From NCBI GenBank assembly GCA_030747695.1, contig JASLKG010000004.1, positions 73,184 to 137,183 on the forward strand: a DNA stretch of 64,000 nt, given 5' to 3'. The DNA comes from Candidatus Poseidoniaceae archaeon. Lineage in GTDB: Archaea; Thermoplasmatota; Poseidoniia; Poseidoniales; Poseidoniaceae. Numbering within the stretch: the first letter of the stretch is position 1; every line of letters begins with the position of its first letter. Below the pieces are notes generated by a model. It worked only from the letters and a program-made list of their open reading frames with translations. It was not told the origin of the DNA and did not search any database. Shown here in pieces: positions 1-11,250 of this stretch. The position numbers and the translations under genes were made by a program.

Positions 1-11
1 AAGGAGATATT

Positions 12-194
12 GTGAAATTACATCTCCCTGAGATAGAAAGAGATGAACTTACACTTAGAAGCGAATCGGGAATTGTATATGTTGGAATAAATGGACGCGA
101 ACATCCAGTTGAGTTTCCTAGACCGGCAAAAGCCTCAGATGTTATTGCAAAACTTGAGGATGATGTTCTCAGTTTAACATTCCCAACTGATTAA
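12..194 (+). CDS. Small protein or 3' end of a CDS truncated by the window edge; weak resemblance to the C-terminus of an Hsp20/alpha-crystallin domain
   Basis: The frame is open from nt 3. AAGGAG lies 5 nt before GTG at 12. The C-terminal DVIAKLEDDVLSLTFP resembles the last strands of sHSPs. Confidence 0.3.
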   Translation: MKLHLPEIERDELTLRSESGIVYVGINGREHPVEFPRPAKASDVIAKLEDDVLSLTFPTD

Positions 195-236
195 CCATCC
201 GTTGGGTTCAAGTTGGGGTTGCAACTGGCATCCTCT

Positions 237-1601
237 ATGGCACTCGAAGGCTTATCCAGAGGTATCTTCTCTGCTCTTGGGTTGCTGAAGAGTAAAAGAA
301 AACTGGATGAGGCCGAATTAAAGGATATGCTTAGGTCACTTAGAAGGGCTTTACAAGAAGCTGATTTTAATGTAAGACAGACAAAAGAAATCACTGAAAG
401 ACTGGAATCTAGAATTAGAGATGAGGATTTACGCCCAGGTATTACTTTACAAACTCATGCGATGAATATATTGTATACTGAATTAGTTAGGATTCTTGGC
501 CCCGCACGGGAAGTTCGTCCCCATCAAGCAACAATATTGATGGTTGGTTTGTATGGTAATGGTAAAACAACTAGTACGGCAAAATTAGCTGAATGGTATA
601 GGAAGAAACATGGAGTTAGAGTAGCTGTAATTGAGGCAGACGTACATAGACCAGGTGCTTATAACCAACTTTCACAACTACTAGAAGATTCAACTGTCGA
701 AGTGTATGGTGAGCCTGAAAACAATAATGCGGTAGATATTGTTCGTAATGGGTTGAAGAAACACTCGGCTGCAGATCTTGTCATAATAGATACTGCGGGA
801 CGACACAAACTTGACGAGGAACTTGTTCAGGAACTCGAAGATATTGCAAAAGTTGCAAATGCTGAGGAGAAGTTTTTGGTTATTGATGCCCAAGTAGGTC
901 AATCTGCCGGGCCTGTAGCAGCAAATTTCCATGACCTTGCAGGCGTTACTGGTATTGTAATCACAAAATTAGACGGTACCGCGAGAGGAGGGGGCGCTTT
1001 ATCTGCTGTTGCAGCAACAGGTGCGCCAGTAATGTACATAGGTACTGGTGAAAGAGTAGTCGATCTTGAAAAATTCGAATCTGATAGGTTTATTTCAAGA
1101 TTACTTGGTATGGGAGATATTCGCGGCTTGATAGATCTTGCTCCAGAGGATATGGATGAAGAAGAAGCGATGAGAATCACACAACGTATGATGAGTGGTC
1201 GATTTACTTTGAATGATATGTATGCTCAAATGGAAATGATGTCGAAGGTCGGCACTATTGACAAATTACTTTCATTTTTACCAGCAGGTATGTTTGGAGG
1301 CATGGGCGCCATGGGTAAGGCGCAGAAAGAAGCTATGCAAGGAAATCTGGACAGGTACCAAGTAATTATGGATTCTATGACAATCAACGAGAAAGATGAG
1401 CCGGCTAAAATCAAAGCTGAGCGCATACGGAGGATTGCTAGAGGTTCTGGTGTAAATGAAAAGGATGTTCGCGAACTAATTGCTCAATGGAACCGTTCAC
1501 GAAAGATGATGAAGGGCATGAGTGGTAACCGTAAAATGAATAAACAAATGAAGAGAATGATGAGAGATAGTGAAATGGAACTCGATGGATTTGATGTTTA
1601 G
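237..1601 (+). CDS. srp54: Signal recognition particle 54 kDa protein (SRP54 GTPase)
   Basis: GLYGNGKTTSTAKLA P-loop, DTAGR and TKLDG GTPase motifs, Met-rich M domain. ATG at 237 gives the typical MALEGL start; the track TTG at 213 is less likely. Confidence 0.95.
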   Translation: MALEGLSRGIFSALGLLKSKRKLDEAELKDMLRSLRRALQEADFNVRQTKEITERLESRIRDEDLRPGITLQTHAMNILYTELVRILGPAREVRPHQATILMVGLYGNGKTTSTAKLAEWYRKKHGVRVAVIEADVHRPGAYNQLSQLLEDSTVEVYGEPENNNAVDIVRNGLKKHSAADLVIIDTAGRHKLDEELVQELEDIAKVANAEEKFLVIDAQVGQSAGPVAANFHDLAGVTGIVITKLDGTARGGGALSAVAATGAPVMYIGTGERVVDLEKFESDRFISRLLGMGDIRGLIDLAPEDMDEEEAMRITQRMMSGRFTLNDMYAQMEMMSKVGTIDKLLSFLPAGMFGGMGAMGKAQKEAMQGNLDRYQVIMDSMTINEKDEPAKIKAERIRRIARGSGVNEKDVRELIAQWNRSRKMMKGMSGNRKMNKQMKRMMRDSEMELDGFDV

Positions 1602-1609
1602 ATTGATCT

Positions 1610-3103
1610 CTAGTAACTCTTTGAAAGGAGGACTTTACGAGTTGTTGGTTTCCCACTCATGAAGCATTTCCTTTCCTCTGCATATGGCTCAGTAGCATCA
1701 CCTAAAAATGATAATCCTGTTGTTCTTTCTATAGTTTCAGCATGTGAGTCTGTACCGTCAAAAGCCATTTCGTATATTTTTCCATCTTCTATACTGTTTA
1801 AATCGGTAATTGTTTGAATGATGTTATTGCAATGCTCAGAGGCTCGGAGCCGCAATACCTCTGATATTTCCGATAATACTTCGGTACAATTTTCTACAAT
1901 ATTTTCCATCGTTAAAGGCCTCTTGCCACCTGTTCGTAATGCAGCATATACCGATTTATTTTCTATATCTCTAGGTCCTATATCTAGCCTAAGAGGTACA
2001 CCCTTTATCTCCCAATCGAAATATTTCTGTCCTGCGTGAATATCTCTTTCATCTACTTTAACACGCAATCCGGAATTTCTCAAAATAGATGCAATTTCCC
2101 TGGATTTAGAAATCGTATCAACTTCTGAATTTTTTCTTATCAGCGGGCAAATTACAATTTGATATGGTGCAATTGATGGTGGCATTATTAGTCCATTATC
2201 GTCACCATGCATTCCAACAATCGCTCCTAATAGTCGCTCTGACATACCATATGTAGTCTGGTGACAATATTCCTGTTCTGCTTCTAAATTTTCATATGTC
2301 AAGTCGAATGCTTTAGCCCATTGATCTCTATAATGATGGCAAGATGCAACTTGTAAAGTCCTTCCGTTGGGCATTATTGCATCAATTCCTATTGTATACC
2401 ACGCGCCTGGAAATGTATCCCATATCGGTCTCTTTGCCTTAATTACAGGTAAGCACAACTCATGCATGATATTGTCAACTATCTCCAAATCTTGTCCTAT
2501 TTGCCTAGATGCACAATCCTCATCCTTGTGTGCTGTATGTGCTTCGAAGAAATGAATTTCTCTGACACGTATGAATGATCTTGTTTGTTTTGTCTCATAT
2601 CTAAAAGTATTAACCATCTGGTACACTTTTAATGGCAAATCTTTGTGAGAACGAATCCATAGAGGAAACATTGTGTACATTGCAGTCTCCGAAGTAGGTC
2701 GTAAGAACATTGGAATATCGAGATCATTTTCACCAGCATGCTTGACCCAATACACTTCTTTTTTGAATCCACCTTCTTCCACATGGTCTCTTAATTCATC
2801 TGGATCTACACCTTCTTCTCTAGCACGCTTTAACCTAGCAACAAGTGCATTTTCCTTCTCAAGCAAATTTTCCGGAATAAGTAATGGAAAATTGACTTCA
2901 TCATGATCTGTCCGTTCCATTTCCTTATGTGTCAATGAATCAATCATTTTCATGGCCTTCCATCCATAAGGCCTCCAAACATCCATCCCTTTGATAGGAT
3001 ATCTCTTATCTACTAATTCAGCAGCTTCAACAATGAAGGGATACCATGCGTTGAAATCATCAACTTTTGATGGTATACCGCGCTTAGCCTTACCGCCTGC
3101 CAT
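1610..3103 (-). CDS. proS: Prolyl-tRNA synthetase (archaeal/eukaryotic type)
   Basis: FNAWY N-terminus and the class II motif RPTSETAMYTMFPLWIRSHKDLPLKVYQMVNTFRYE. ATG at 3103 is preceded by AGGAG. Confidence 0.93.
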   Translation of the reverse strand: MAGGKAKRGIPSKVDDFNAWYPFIVEAAELVDKRYPIKGMDVWRPYGWKAMKMIDSLTHKEMERTDHDEVNFPLLIPENLLEKENALVARLKRAREEGVDPDELRDHVEEGGFKKEVYWVKHAGENDLDIPMFLRPTSETAMYTMFPLWIRSHKDLPLKVYQMVNTFRYETKQTRSFIRVREIHFFEAHTAHKDEDCASRQIGQDLEIVDNIMHELCLPVIKAKRPIWDTFPGAWYTIGIDAIMPNGRTLQVASCHHYRDQWAKAFDLTYENLEAEQEYCHQTTYGMSERLLGAIVGMHGDDNGLIMPPSIAPYQIVICPLIRKNSEVDTISKSREIASILRNSGLRVKVDERDIHAGQKYFDWEIKGVPLRLDIGPRDIENKSVYAALRTGGKRPLTMENIVENCTEVLSEISEVLRLRASEHCNNIIQTITDLNSIEDGKIYEMAFDGTDSHAETIERTTGLSFLGDATEPYAEERKCFMSGKPTTRKVLLSKSY

Positions 3104-3142
3104 GGTATCACTCCTATGGAAGGGCTTCATCAAGATGCCGCC

Positions 3143-3718
3143 TCACTTGCGTAAGAAAGCAATAATCATCAATAATATACTCGCACCGAGGGCAATATAA
3201 TCTGGTATGCCAAATGTAGGAAATGGCATTGACCAACCCATCTCATTACCTATGTTATGTATATCAATCCAATTTATTCTAGTTGCATCTGCAGTGCACT
3301 TTACAGCATTACAATTGGAATTTAGGAATCCAAATGCTCCAAAAACATTAGCAGCAGCTATAGTTAAGGATAGTGTTGAAAATATTTTCATACCTTTTCT
3401 ACTCTTTTTCACCGATTTAGTTTTCGGAACTATTTCTGGTAATGGCGCGGGAACTGGTGCAGCACCAGGAACGACCTCAATCATCGTAAGGAGTGATTTT
3501 TCCCCTGTACTTCCTCCCTCAACACTCAAATCTTGCATCTGACTTGGTTTGGAAGGTGTAATTGGCTCTATAGTAAGTCCAAATATCCTTTCTGCTAAAC
3601 TGGATAGAACTGGATCAGCCGCAATTTCAGACTCATCAATCTCACCGTCTAAGAGACGTTGAAGTTTCTCATCATCACCAGACAATATACCGCCCCCTGC
3701 ATCAACAGGGGAAGGCAC
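3143..3718 (-). CDS. Hypothetical membrane-anchored protein (acidic N-terminus, two C-terminal TM segments)
   Basis: ORF in a tight same-strand array. Hydrophobic segments IFSTLSLTIAAANVFGAFGF and YIALGASILLMIIAF. No family recognised. Confidence 0.5.
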   Translation of the reverse strand: MPSPVDAGGGILSGDDEKLQRLLDGEIDESEIAADPVLSSLAERIFGLTIEPITPSKPSQMQDLSVEGGSTGEKSLLTMIEVVPGAAPVPAPLPEIVPKTKSVKKSRKGMKIFSTLSLTIAAANVFGAFGFLNSNCNAVKCTADATRINWIDIHNIGNEMGWSMPFPTFGIPDYIALGASILLMIIAFLRK

Positions 3719-3738
3719 ACATTTTCAAGCGTTCCGCT

Positions 3739-4398
3739 TCACGCATTACCTGCTGCTTCGACCTCAGCCCAGTCTTTCATGAACCCGTCGAGTCCTTTGT
3801 CAGTAAGTGGATGGGCTATTAGTTGCCTGAATGTCTTAGTAGGCATAGTCACAGTATGTGCTCCTAGTTGCATACATTGTAGCACATGAGTGGGGTGTCG
3901 TATAGATGCTGCCAATACCTTTGTTTTTACACCATAATTATTCCAAGTTTCCATAATTTCGGCAATTAAGGCCATACCATCCGCACCAGTATCATCTATA
4001 CGTCCTATAAATGGCGATACGTATGTTGCTCCCGCCTTTGCGGCCATCAATGCTTGTGATGCTGAAAATACTAATGTTACATTTGTATCAATTCCATCGG
4101 CAGTCAAAATCTTAGTCGCTGCTAATCCTTCAGGCGTGCAGGGTATTTTGATAATTACATTCTCAGGTAAATCCGCTTTCAATGCTCTACCCTGATCAAC
4201 CATTCCTGCCGTGTCCATAGCAGTTACTTCGGCTGAAATTGGCCCCTCGCATATCGAGGCAATTTCACTTACAACAGTTTTGAAATCCCGCCCACTTTTC
4301 TTAATTAAGCTAGGATTTGTAGTTACACCATCAAGAATACCCCATGAGGCAATTTCTCTAATTTCTTCAACGTCGGCCGTGTCTAGGAAGAACTCCAT
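3739..4398 (-). CDS. tal: Transaldolase / fructose-6-phosphate aldolase (short TalC/Fsa type)
   Basis: MEFFLDTADVEEIREIASWGILDGVTTNPSLI, IKIPCT, VSPFIGR motifs. Confidence 0.9.
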   Translation of the reverse strand: MEFFLDTADVEEIREIASWGILDGVTTNPSLIKKSGRDFKTVVSEIASICEGPISAEVTAMDTAGMVDQGRALKADLPENVIIKIPCTPEGLAATKILTADGIDTNVTLVFSASQALMAAKAGATYVSPFIGRIDDTGADGMALIAEIMETWNNYGVKTKVLAASIRHPTHVLQCMQLGAHTVTMPTKTFRQLIAHPLTDKGLDGFMKDWAEVEAAGNA

Positions 4399-4425
4399 GT
4401 TGTAGTCGCCTACATAGAGGGTGCT

Positions 4426-5364
4426 TCAAACCTTCCTTTCAAGGACTCTTTCAACTGAACTTACTATATGGTGTGATTTTAGCCCCATCAACTCTAGCAT
4501 TTCATCCGCTTGACCAGATTCACCAAATCTATCTCTAACGCCTATTTGCTCCATTGGAGTCGGCTTTTTCGAAACAATATATTCGGCAACTGCGCCCCCT
4601 AAGCCTCCAATTACAGAATGATCTTCAGCAGTTACAATTGCGCCGCATAACTCTATCAAAGAATCAATCAAATTAGTATCGAGTGGTTTGATTGTATGCA
4701 TGTCAACAACGGTCGCAGATATCCCCATTGCATGTAAATCTGCAGCAGCTTGTAAAGCCTCATGTACTAATACTCCACAAGCAATGATTGCAACATCACT
4801 TCCGTTATGTAATACAATCCCCTTTCCAATCTTAACTTCATCCTCTCTCCCTTCATAAAGTACTGGCGTCTTATTGCGAGCAGTTCTCGTGTATGACGGT
4901 TTATTTAAATCGGGTAATTGCATTGTAAGAACTTTTGTCGAAACAACATCGCAGGGGTGCATAACTACTACATTAGGTAACGTTCTATAAATTGCTAAAT
5001 CTTCTATTGATTGGGCTGAAGACCCATCTGTACCTGTGTGGGTTCCTCCATGAGATCCACACAGATGGACTGGTAAATTTGGTCTTGCAACACCATTTCG
5101 CATTTGTTCAAATGCCCTTTCAGTAAATATTGCAAATGTGCTCGCGAATGGAATAAAACCACTGCTTGCTAAGCCAGCAGCAACAAGCAGCATGTTTTGT
5201 TCACCGATACCGCAGGAAATTGTCCGCTCCGGGTATGATTTACGGAAATGAAGGGATTTTGTTGATTTTCCCAAATCAGCTTCTAGAACTACAATCTTAT
5301 CATTAGATGCCATTTCTAGTAATGCATCTCCATAACCATCACGTGTTGCAGCCATTTTTGTCAT
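4426..5364 (-). CDS. Transketolase, C-terminal (pyrimidine-binding) subunit
   Basis: Split archaeal transketolase. GIGEQNM, FASTF and DGSSAQSIEDLA motifs. ATGA overlap with the upstream subunit. Confidence 0.9.
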   Translation of the reverse strand: MTKMAATRDGYGDALLEMASNDKIVVLEADLGKSTKSLHFRKSYPERTISCGIGEQNMLLVAAGLASSGFIPFASTFAIFTERAFEQMRNGVARPNLPVHLCGSHGGTHTGTDGSSAQSIEDLAIYRTLPNVVVMHPCDVVSTKVLTMQLPDLNKPSYTRTARNKTPVLYEGREDEVKIGKGIVLHNGSDVAIIACGVLVHEALQAAADLHAMGISATVVDMHTIKPLDTNLIDSLIELCGAIVTAEDHSVIGGLGGAVAEYIVSKKPTPMEQIGVRDRFGESGQADEMLELMGLKSHHIVSSVERVLERKV

Positions 5365-6188
5365 ACAGCAACCCCCAATTCCTTAAGTGCCAATTGTAAT
5401 TGCTCGTCAGAAGGTGCAGCGCCATGAAATGCTGGGTTATCCTCCATGAATGAGATACCTTTGCCTTTTATTGTATTAGCAATAACCACTGCTGGTTTAT
5501 CAGTTACGCTATCCATCCACTTTATTGCATCAACAATATCAATCATAGAATGTCCATCAATCACCTTAACTTCCCAGCCAAATGATTTCCACTTCGCTGG
5601 GATGTCGAACATCCTCATTTGCACTTCACAGAAGTCATCATTCTGTATTCTATTCCTGTCAACAAATACTTTCAGATTTCCTAATTCATGATGTGCTGCG
5701 GCCATTGCAGCCTCCCAGACACTTCCTTCTTGTAATTCGCCATCCCCTAACATGACATATGCATTCCTTTGACTATTTTCCAACCGACTTGCAATTGCAC
5801 ATCCGAGGCCGAATGAGAGACCCATTCCAAGTGACCCTGCTGAAAAATCAACACCAGGGCACCATTTCATATCTACATGCCCCTGACAAATACCTCCAAG
5901 TACACGGTATGATTCTAAATCGGAATTTGAAATAAATCCCATTTCAGATAATAATGCATACATTCCAGGTGAAGCATGGCCCTTTGACAAAATAAACCGA
6001 TCTCTATCACTCCAATTTGGTTCGTTTGGCCTTACTCTCAATCGATTGCCATAAAGTGCACAAAGGATATCAATTTCAGATAGTGACCCTCCAGGGTGTC
6101 CTGCTTGTGCGCGATGCGTCATACGACAAATTTCCACCCTACATTTACGTGCCATTTCTTCCAATTCAGGTATACTCATTTCAGACAT
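5361..6188 (-). CDS. Transketolase, N-terminal (TPP-binding) subunit
   Basis: HPGGSLS, SKGHASP and GDGELQEGSVWEA motifs. Confidence 0.9.
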   Translation of the reverse strand: MSEMSIPELEEMARKCRVEICRMTHRAQAGHPGGSLSEIDILCALYGNRLRVRPNEPNWSDRDRFILSKGHASPGMYALLSEMGFISNSDLESYRVLGGICQGHVDMKWCPGVDFSAGSLGMGLSFGLGCAIASRLENSQRNAYVMLGDGELQEGSVWEAAMAAAHHELGNLKVFVDRNRIQNDDFCEVQMRMFDIPAKWKSFGWEVKVIDGHSMIDIVDAIKWMDSVTDKPAVVIANTIKGKGISFMEDNPAFHGAAPSDEQLQLALKELGVAV

Positions 6189-6240
6189 AGAAACCCCTGC
6201 TGGAAGTTTGGCCTTTGACTATGGCCTTTGATGGTTGTGC

Positions 6241-8310
6241 TCATTTTTTAGGTAGGCTGAAGACGCCTCTCAACTTCCTTGATGCATCACTAGCGACGTG
6301 CAGCAAGTCATTTAGGAGGTTACCTTTCACTGGTAATGCTCTTGCAGAGAGGAATATGAATACTGCAACGAACCATGCAAAGAAAATGAATGAAAATAAA
6401 TTACCCAAAGTACCTCCGATCCAATCTGAAGGCAGTAATCCAACTGATGGGAATTTACTATCAGCTACTATGAATACTGCCAATAAAACCCCCATCAATG
6501 ATTCTCCCGCAATAAATCCAGCTCCAATCAATACGCCTTTATCTTGAACTTCTTTTACTGCCCTTTCTGCCTTTGGAGATATATTTCCATCGAGTGCACC
6601 ATCAACACGAATTCTAGCACTGCTTAGCAATACATGAGAAATTATCCCCCCAGCCATGATAGGTACAGACAGTGACAATGGCAAATATATGCCAATTGCA
6701 ACACTCATAACAGGCATTTTTAATCTAATCAGTATAATTGCAATAATTACACCTAATAAGACCATTTGTAGGTTTAAATTTCCACCGAACGCACCTTCAA
6801 CTATTGCTCCAATCAATTCGGCTTGTGGAGCAAAAAGTGCATAATCGCATGTAGGGTCTGATGGTAGTGGATTATCTAGACAAGCAGTCTTGGATATACG
6901 AAAAGCATCATGCAGTAATGATAGGACTGGTCCAATAACTATTGCGCCAACCGTAACTCCTATGATTTCAGCTGTCTGTTGCCTCCAGGGTGTTGCCCCA
7001 ACCATATGGCCAGTTTTCAGGTCCTGCATCACATCTCCGGCAATAGCAGCAGATGTTGCAACTATTGCAGCAATGAACATTGTTGCAACCATCATATCGT
7101 TTTGTTCCATCCCCATTATTAAGCCACCAACAACCCATACGAGTCCAATTGTGAATAGAAGAGTGGCTATTGTCATACCCGAAACAGGAGAATTTGATGA
7201 CCCTACTACTCCCGCAATATAACCGGCAACTGCTGCGAAAAAGAAAGCCACTACTGCCAGGAATAATGCACCCGCTAAAGCCATAACAAGGTTCCCTGTA
7301 GCATACCAATAGAACAGGAATATCAACACTACAAGAACTACACAAACCATCATCACTTTGTCTAAGGGTAAATCTTTTTCAGTACGCAACAAATCGTCGG
7401 AATCTGAATTTTTTGATCCGATAGCTTTGGATAAACCTTCGAAGATTGTTTTTCGCATAGACCAAAGAGTGTAAACCCCACCAACGACCATCGATCCAAC
7501 ACCTACATACCTTATCTGGGTTGACCATACTGAAAAATAATCTCCTACTGGTCCTGCACCTGAATTTGGAAAACCATTAATTAGACCATATATTGGAACC
7601 AATATAGCAAATCCAATGAATCCACCAAGGAAGATGAATGAAGCAATACGCAATCCTACGATATAACCCACTGAGAGTAGTGCTAGAGACATTTCGCCTC
7701 CTGCATAAAATCGTGTGCCAATAAACGATGCAACTCCATCAATTTCTGCATGAGTAGCCTTGAATGCCTTAACCATCCATCCATATATGGCGCCAATAAT
7801 CAAGGCATAAATTATCGCAATAAGGCCTGAGCCACCTTTTTCACCTGCAACTAGGACTTCGCGACATGCGACTCCTTCAGGATAAGGTAGTGCTTCTTCT
7901 ACAATGAATAGTCGGCGTAAGGCAATAGTAAACATTGTCCCAAGCATTCCACCCAAAATTGCAATCAGAAATGTATCAAGCCAATTTATTTCATTCCAAA
8001 TACCCAGTACTAATAATGCAGGTACAGTAAAGATCACTCCTGCTGCTAATGATTCTCCAGCCGAAGCCATTGTTTGAACAGAATTGTTCTCTAGTATCGT
8101 AACATCCTTAAATTTGAATCCACGTAGAATCAACATACTCATTACTGCAGCAGGTATTGATGCCGAAACTGTCATTCCAACATACAGTCCTAGGTACGCG
8201 TTTGCAGCTGTCATCAATGCTCCAAGAATAATTCCAATAATAACGACTCGGACTGTAAATTCAGAAATATTTGATTTGGCAGGAATCCAAGGTTCACCTA
8301 ATTCCGCCAT
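6241..8310 (-). CDS. OPT-family oligopeptide transporter
   Basis: About 16 TM segments. EFTVRVVIIGIILGALMTAANAYLGLYVGMTVSASIPAAVMS is typical of the OPT superfamily. ATG at 8310 follows GGGGG; the track start at 8397 is a GTG extension. Confidence 0.85.
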   Translation of the reverse strand: MAELGEPWIPAKSNISEFTVRVVIIGIILGALMTAANAYLGLYVGMTVSASIPAAVMSMLILRGFKFKDVTILENNSVQTMASAGESLAAGVIFTVPALLVLGIWNEINWLDTFLIAILGGMLGTMFTIALRRLFIVEEALPYPEGVACREVLVAGEKGGSGLIAIIYALIIGAIYGWMVKAFKATHAEIDGVASFIGTRFYAGGEMSLALLSVGYIVGLRIASFIFLGGFIGFAILVPIYGLINGFPNSGAGPVGDYFSVWSTQIRYVGVGSMVVGGVYTLWSMRKTIFEGLSKAIGSKNSDSDDLLRTEKDLPLDKVMMVCVVLVVLIFLFYWYATGNLVMALAGALFLAVVAFFFAAVAGYIAGVVGSSNSPVSGMTIATLLFTIGLVWVVGGLIMGMEQNDMMVATMFIAAIVATSAAIAGDVMQDLKTGHMVGATPWRQQTAEIIGVTVGAIVIGPVLSLLHDAFRISKTACLDNPLPSDPTCDYALFAPQAELIGAIVEGAFGGNLNLQMVLLGVIIAIILIRLKMPVMSVAIGIYLPLSLSVPIMAGGIISHVLLSSARIRVDGALDGNISPKAERAVKEVQDKGVLIGAGFIAGESLMGVLLAVFIVADSKFPSVGLLPSDWIGGTLGNLFSFIFFAWFVAVFIFLSARALPVKGNLLNDLLHVASDASRKLRGVFSLPKK

Positions 8311-8429
8311 AAAACCCCCAACATGAATGGGCTTGTGAATCAATCGGCTATAATTAATGGGTAATCCACCCCTATTATGATAAGTTACAAGTTTCACCGG
8401 TGGATTAATCTAGAGTTCAAGGTGGTCCT

Positions 8430-11213
8430 GTGGAAAAACAGTCATGGCATGACAAAACATCCGAAGATATTCTGATGGAGTTCGATACTCCGTTAGGAGG
8501 CTTAGATAGCATAGAGGCAGAAAAGAGACTCAAAGAATATGGGCCAAATAGATTACAAGAACCTGACAGAGTACCTGCAATATACAGATTTCTATCTCAG
8601 TATCACGATCCTCTAAATTATCTGCTTATTGGAGCAGCACTGGTTTCACTTGCAATAGCTCCAGACCATCCTGGTGATGCTATATTTATTGGAATTGTAT
8701 TAACTGCAAATGCATTTTTTGGTTATTGGCAAGAGAACCAGGCAGAACAAGCAATGGATGCGCTGAAGGAAATGTCCGTATCGATTTCTGTTGTTTGTAG
8801 GGACGGTTTGGAAATGGAAATTGATACTAGCAATCTAGTTCCAGGAGATATAGTGAAATTAGAAGAGGGGTTGAAAGTACCTGCTGATATTAGAGTCAAT
8901 GAATCGTGGCAGTGTAAAGTTGACGAGTCGACATTGACCGGGGAAAGTATGCCAACGAAAATACATTCAGGCGCATTACCCCTTGAAACTCTTCTTGCCG
9001 ATCGTACAAACATGCTCTATATGGGTACAACCATTTCCACTGGACGCGCAGTAGGTATTGTTACTTCAACTGGTATGTCTACAGAGTTAGGGAAAATTGC
9101 AAGTGATATTGCAAGTGCCTCTTCCCCAAAAACTCCACTTGAATTAAAATTGGAATCTCTAGGTAAATTCCTAGGGTTTATTGCATTAATAGTTGCAATA
9201 CTACTCGTTTCTATTGAGATGGTAATTACATATTACGAAGCAGGTGATCTATGGGAGGCTGCAGTAGAACAATTCATTATTGCAATCGCTATCTTTGTTG
9301 CAATAGTACCTGAGGGGTTACCTATTATTCTGGTAACTACATTGGCAATTGGTATGCGTAATATGGCTAGGCATAAGGCAATAATTCGCAGGATGAAAGC
9401 CGTGGAAACTCTCGGCTCTACAACTGTTATTTGTACAGATAAAACAGGAACTTTGACGAAAAATCAAATGACTGTTAAGCATTTTATGATGCCTGAAAAT
9501 GAATATGAAATTAGTGGGGAAGGTTTCCAACCAGAGGGTAGTTTGATGCTCAATGGAGAAGAACTCACAAGTGTAGAAATGTCAAATTTGCAAAGCAGGC
9601 TAGGGTTCAGATTAGCCGCTGCATGTCTTTCACTTTGTCACAATTCTCAAATCGCTATAATCGAAGACAATTGGTCTGCAATTGGTGACCCGACAGACAG
9701 TGCTTGTGCAGTAATGGGATACAAAATAAATGGTTCTGTTTCAAAATTTGCTGAAAGGCATCCTCGTGTACACGAATATTTCTTTGATACAGAACGTAAA
9801 AGAATGTCAGTAATTCATGATTACGAAGGTGAAAAATGGTTATTTTCAAAAGGTGGCGCTGGAGGCTTTAAGTCCCTAGTTAAGTGGAAAATTGTAGATA
9901 ATGAAATTGTGCCAATAGAAGAAGGTGATGTTGAGAAGGCCGTTGAGGCAAATAAATCAATGGCAAGTATGGCTATGAGAGTAATTGCCCTTTGTGCCCG
10001 TCGTGTTTCTGATAGCGAGGATTTAGAAGATATGGCCTCAATGGAAAAGGACTTGATATTCTTGGGAATGGTTGGGATAATTGATCCACCACGTGCTGAA
10101 GTTTTTGATGCCATAGAGAAATGTCAAAAGGCTGGAATTAGAGTTAAGATGATCACAGGTGATCAACGAATAACTGCCCAGGCAATTGGTGAACAATTAT
10201 TGATTACTAAACCGCATATTGATGCAGTGGGAGGGGAGAAATTAGCTGAGTTAGATGATGTAGCATTACGCGACATCAGCCAGAATACTGCAATATTTAG
10301 TAGAGTTACTCCTGAGCAGAAAATGCGCATAGTAACGGCATTACAAGATGAAGGTGAAGTTGTCGCAATGACAGGTGATGGTGTAAACGACGCGCCCGCA
10401 CTCTCACGCGCGAATATTGGAATTGCAATGGGTGTTTCCGGAACTGATGTTGCTAAAGATGCTTCAGACATGGTGCTACTTGATGATAATTTTGCAAATA
10501 TTGTGAATGCTGTAGAAGAAGGGCGTAAGGTATATGCAAATATTAGAAATTTCGTGCGCTATCAAGTGTCTACGAATTTTGCTGCAGTAGCATTATTGAT
10601 TTTCGCATCTTTTGTATTTAGATTACCAATACCTTTGACAGCCACACAAATATTGGTAATTAACATCTTGATGGATGGCCCTCCTGCTGTAGCTTTAGGT
10701 GTTGAAAAGAGCCATTCTAAAGTCATGGATAAGCCACCGCGACCTGTAGATGAATCGTTACCAAACCTTTTCGACCTTGGATTGATTTTCTACCTAGGTT
10801 CTGTAATGGTAATAGGAACAATGGCTGTATTCATGCTTGCGTATGAATCTGAGTCTTACCGATATGCTCAAACTATGTGTTTCTCCGTATTTGTCATTTA
10901 TCAATTATTCAATGTAATGAACTGCAGAAGTGGAGATGATAGTGTTTTCAAATTAGGAGTCTTTAGTAACAGGGCGATTTATCTTGCAATATTCACATCA
11001 CTAGGCCTTCTATTCCTCTTGGTTCAAGGTGCACCAATCACCATACCATTTACGGATTTTATGGTAGGGGATTTACTAAAGACACTGCCTTTGGAATTGA
11101 AGGATTGGGGTGTTGTTTTTGCTGTAGCATCTTCTGTTTTCCTTATTGAAGAATTTAGAAAATTCATGGTTAGTGCTGGGATCTTTAGCATCAGATATTC
11201 CAAAAGCCGTTAG
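8430..11213 (+). CDS. Cation-transporting P-type ATPase (P2, SERCA/PMR1-like, probably Ca2+)
   Basis: TGES, VPEGLP, CTDKTGTLT and TGDGVNDAPAL motifs; 927 aa; 10 TM architecture. Confidence 0.9.
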   Translation: MEKQSWHDKTSEDILMEFDTPLGGLDSIEAEKRLKEYGPNRLQEPDRVPAIYRFLSQYHDPLNYLLIGAALVSLAIAPDHPGDAIFIGIVLTANAFFGYWQENQAEQAMDALKEMSVSISVVCRDGLEMEIDTSNLVPGDIVKLEEGLKVPADIRVNESWQCKVDESTLTGESMPTKIHSGALPLETLLADRTNMLYMGTTISTGRAVGIVTSTGMSTELGKIASDIASASSPKTPLELKLESLGKFLGFIALIVAILLVSIEMVITYYEAGDLWEAAVEQFIIAIAIFVAIVPEGLPIILVTTLAIGMRNMARHKAIIRRMKAVETLGSTTVICTDKTGTLTKNQMTVKHFMMPENEYEISGEGFQPEGSLMLNGEELTSVEMSNLQSRLGFRLAAACLSLCHNSQIAIIEDNWSAIGDPTDSACAVMGYKINGSVSKFAERHPRVHEYFFDTERKRMSVIHDYEGEKWLFSKGGAGGFKSLVKWKIVDNEIVPIEEGDVEKAVEANKSMASMAMRVIALCARRVSDSEDLEDMASMEKDLIFLGMVGIIDPPRAEVFDAIEKCQKAGIRVKMITGDQRITAQAIGEQLLITKPHIDAVGGEKLAELDDVALRDISQNTAIFSRVTPEQKMRIVTALQDEGEVVAMTGDGVNDAPALSRANIGIAMGVSGTDVAKDASDMVLLDDNFANIVNAVEEGRKVYANIRNFVRYQVSTNFAAVALLIFASFVFRLPIPLTATQILVINILMDGPPAVALGVEKSHSKVMDKPPRPVDESLPNLFDLGLIFYLGSVMVIGTMAVFMLAYESESYRYAQTMCFSVFVIYQLFNVMNCRSGDDSVFKLGVFSNRAIYLAIFTSLGLLFLLVQGAPITIPFTDFMVGDLLKTLPLELKDWGVVFAVASSVFLIEEFRKFMVSAGIFSIRYSKSR

Positions 11214-11250
11214 GGTTTAATTCAAAGATTACCAACTCTGCGCCTAGTAC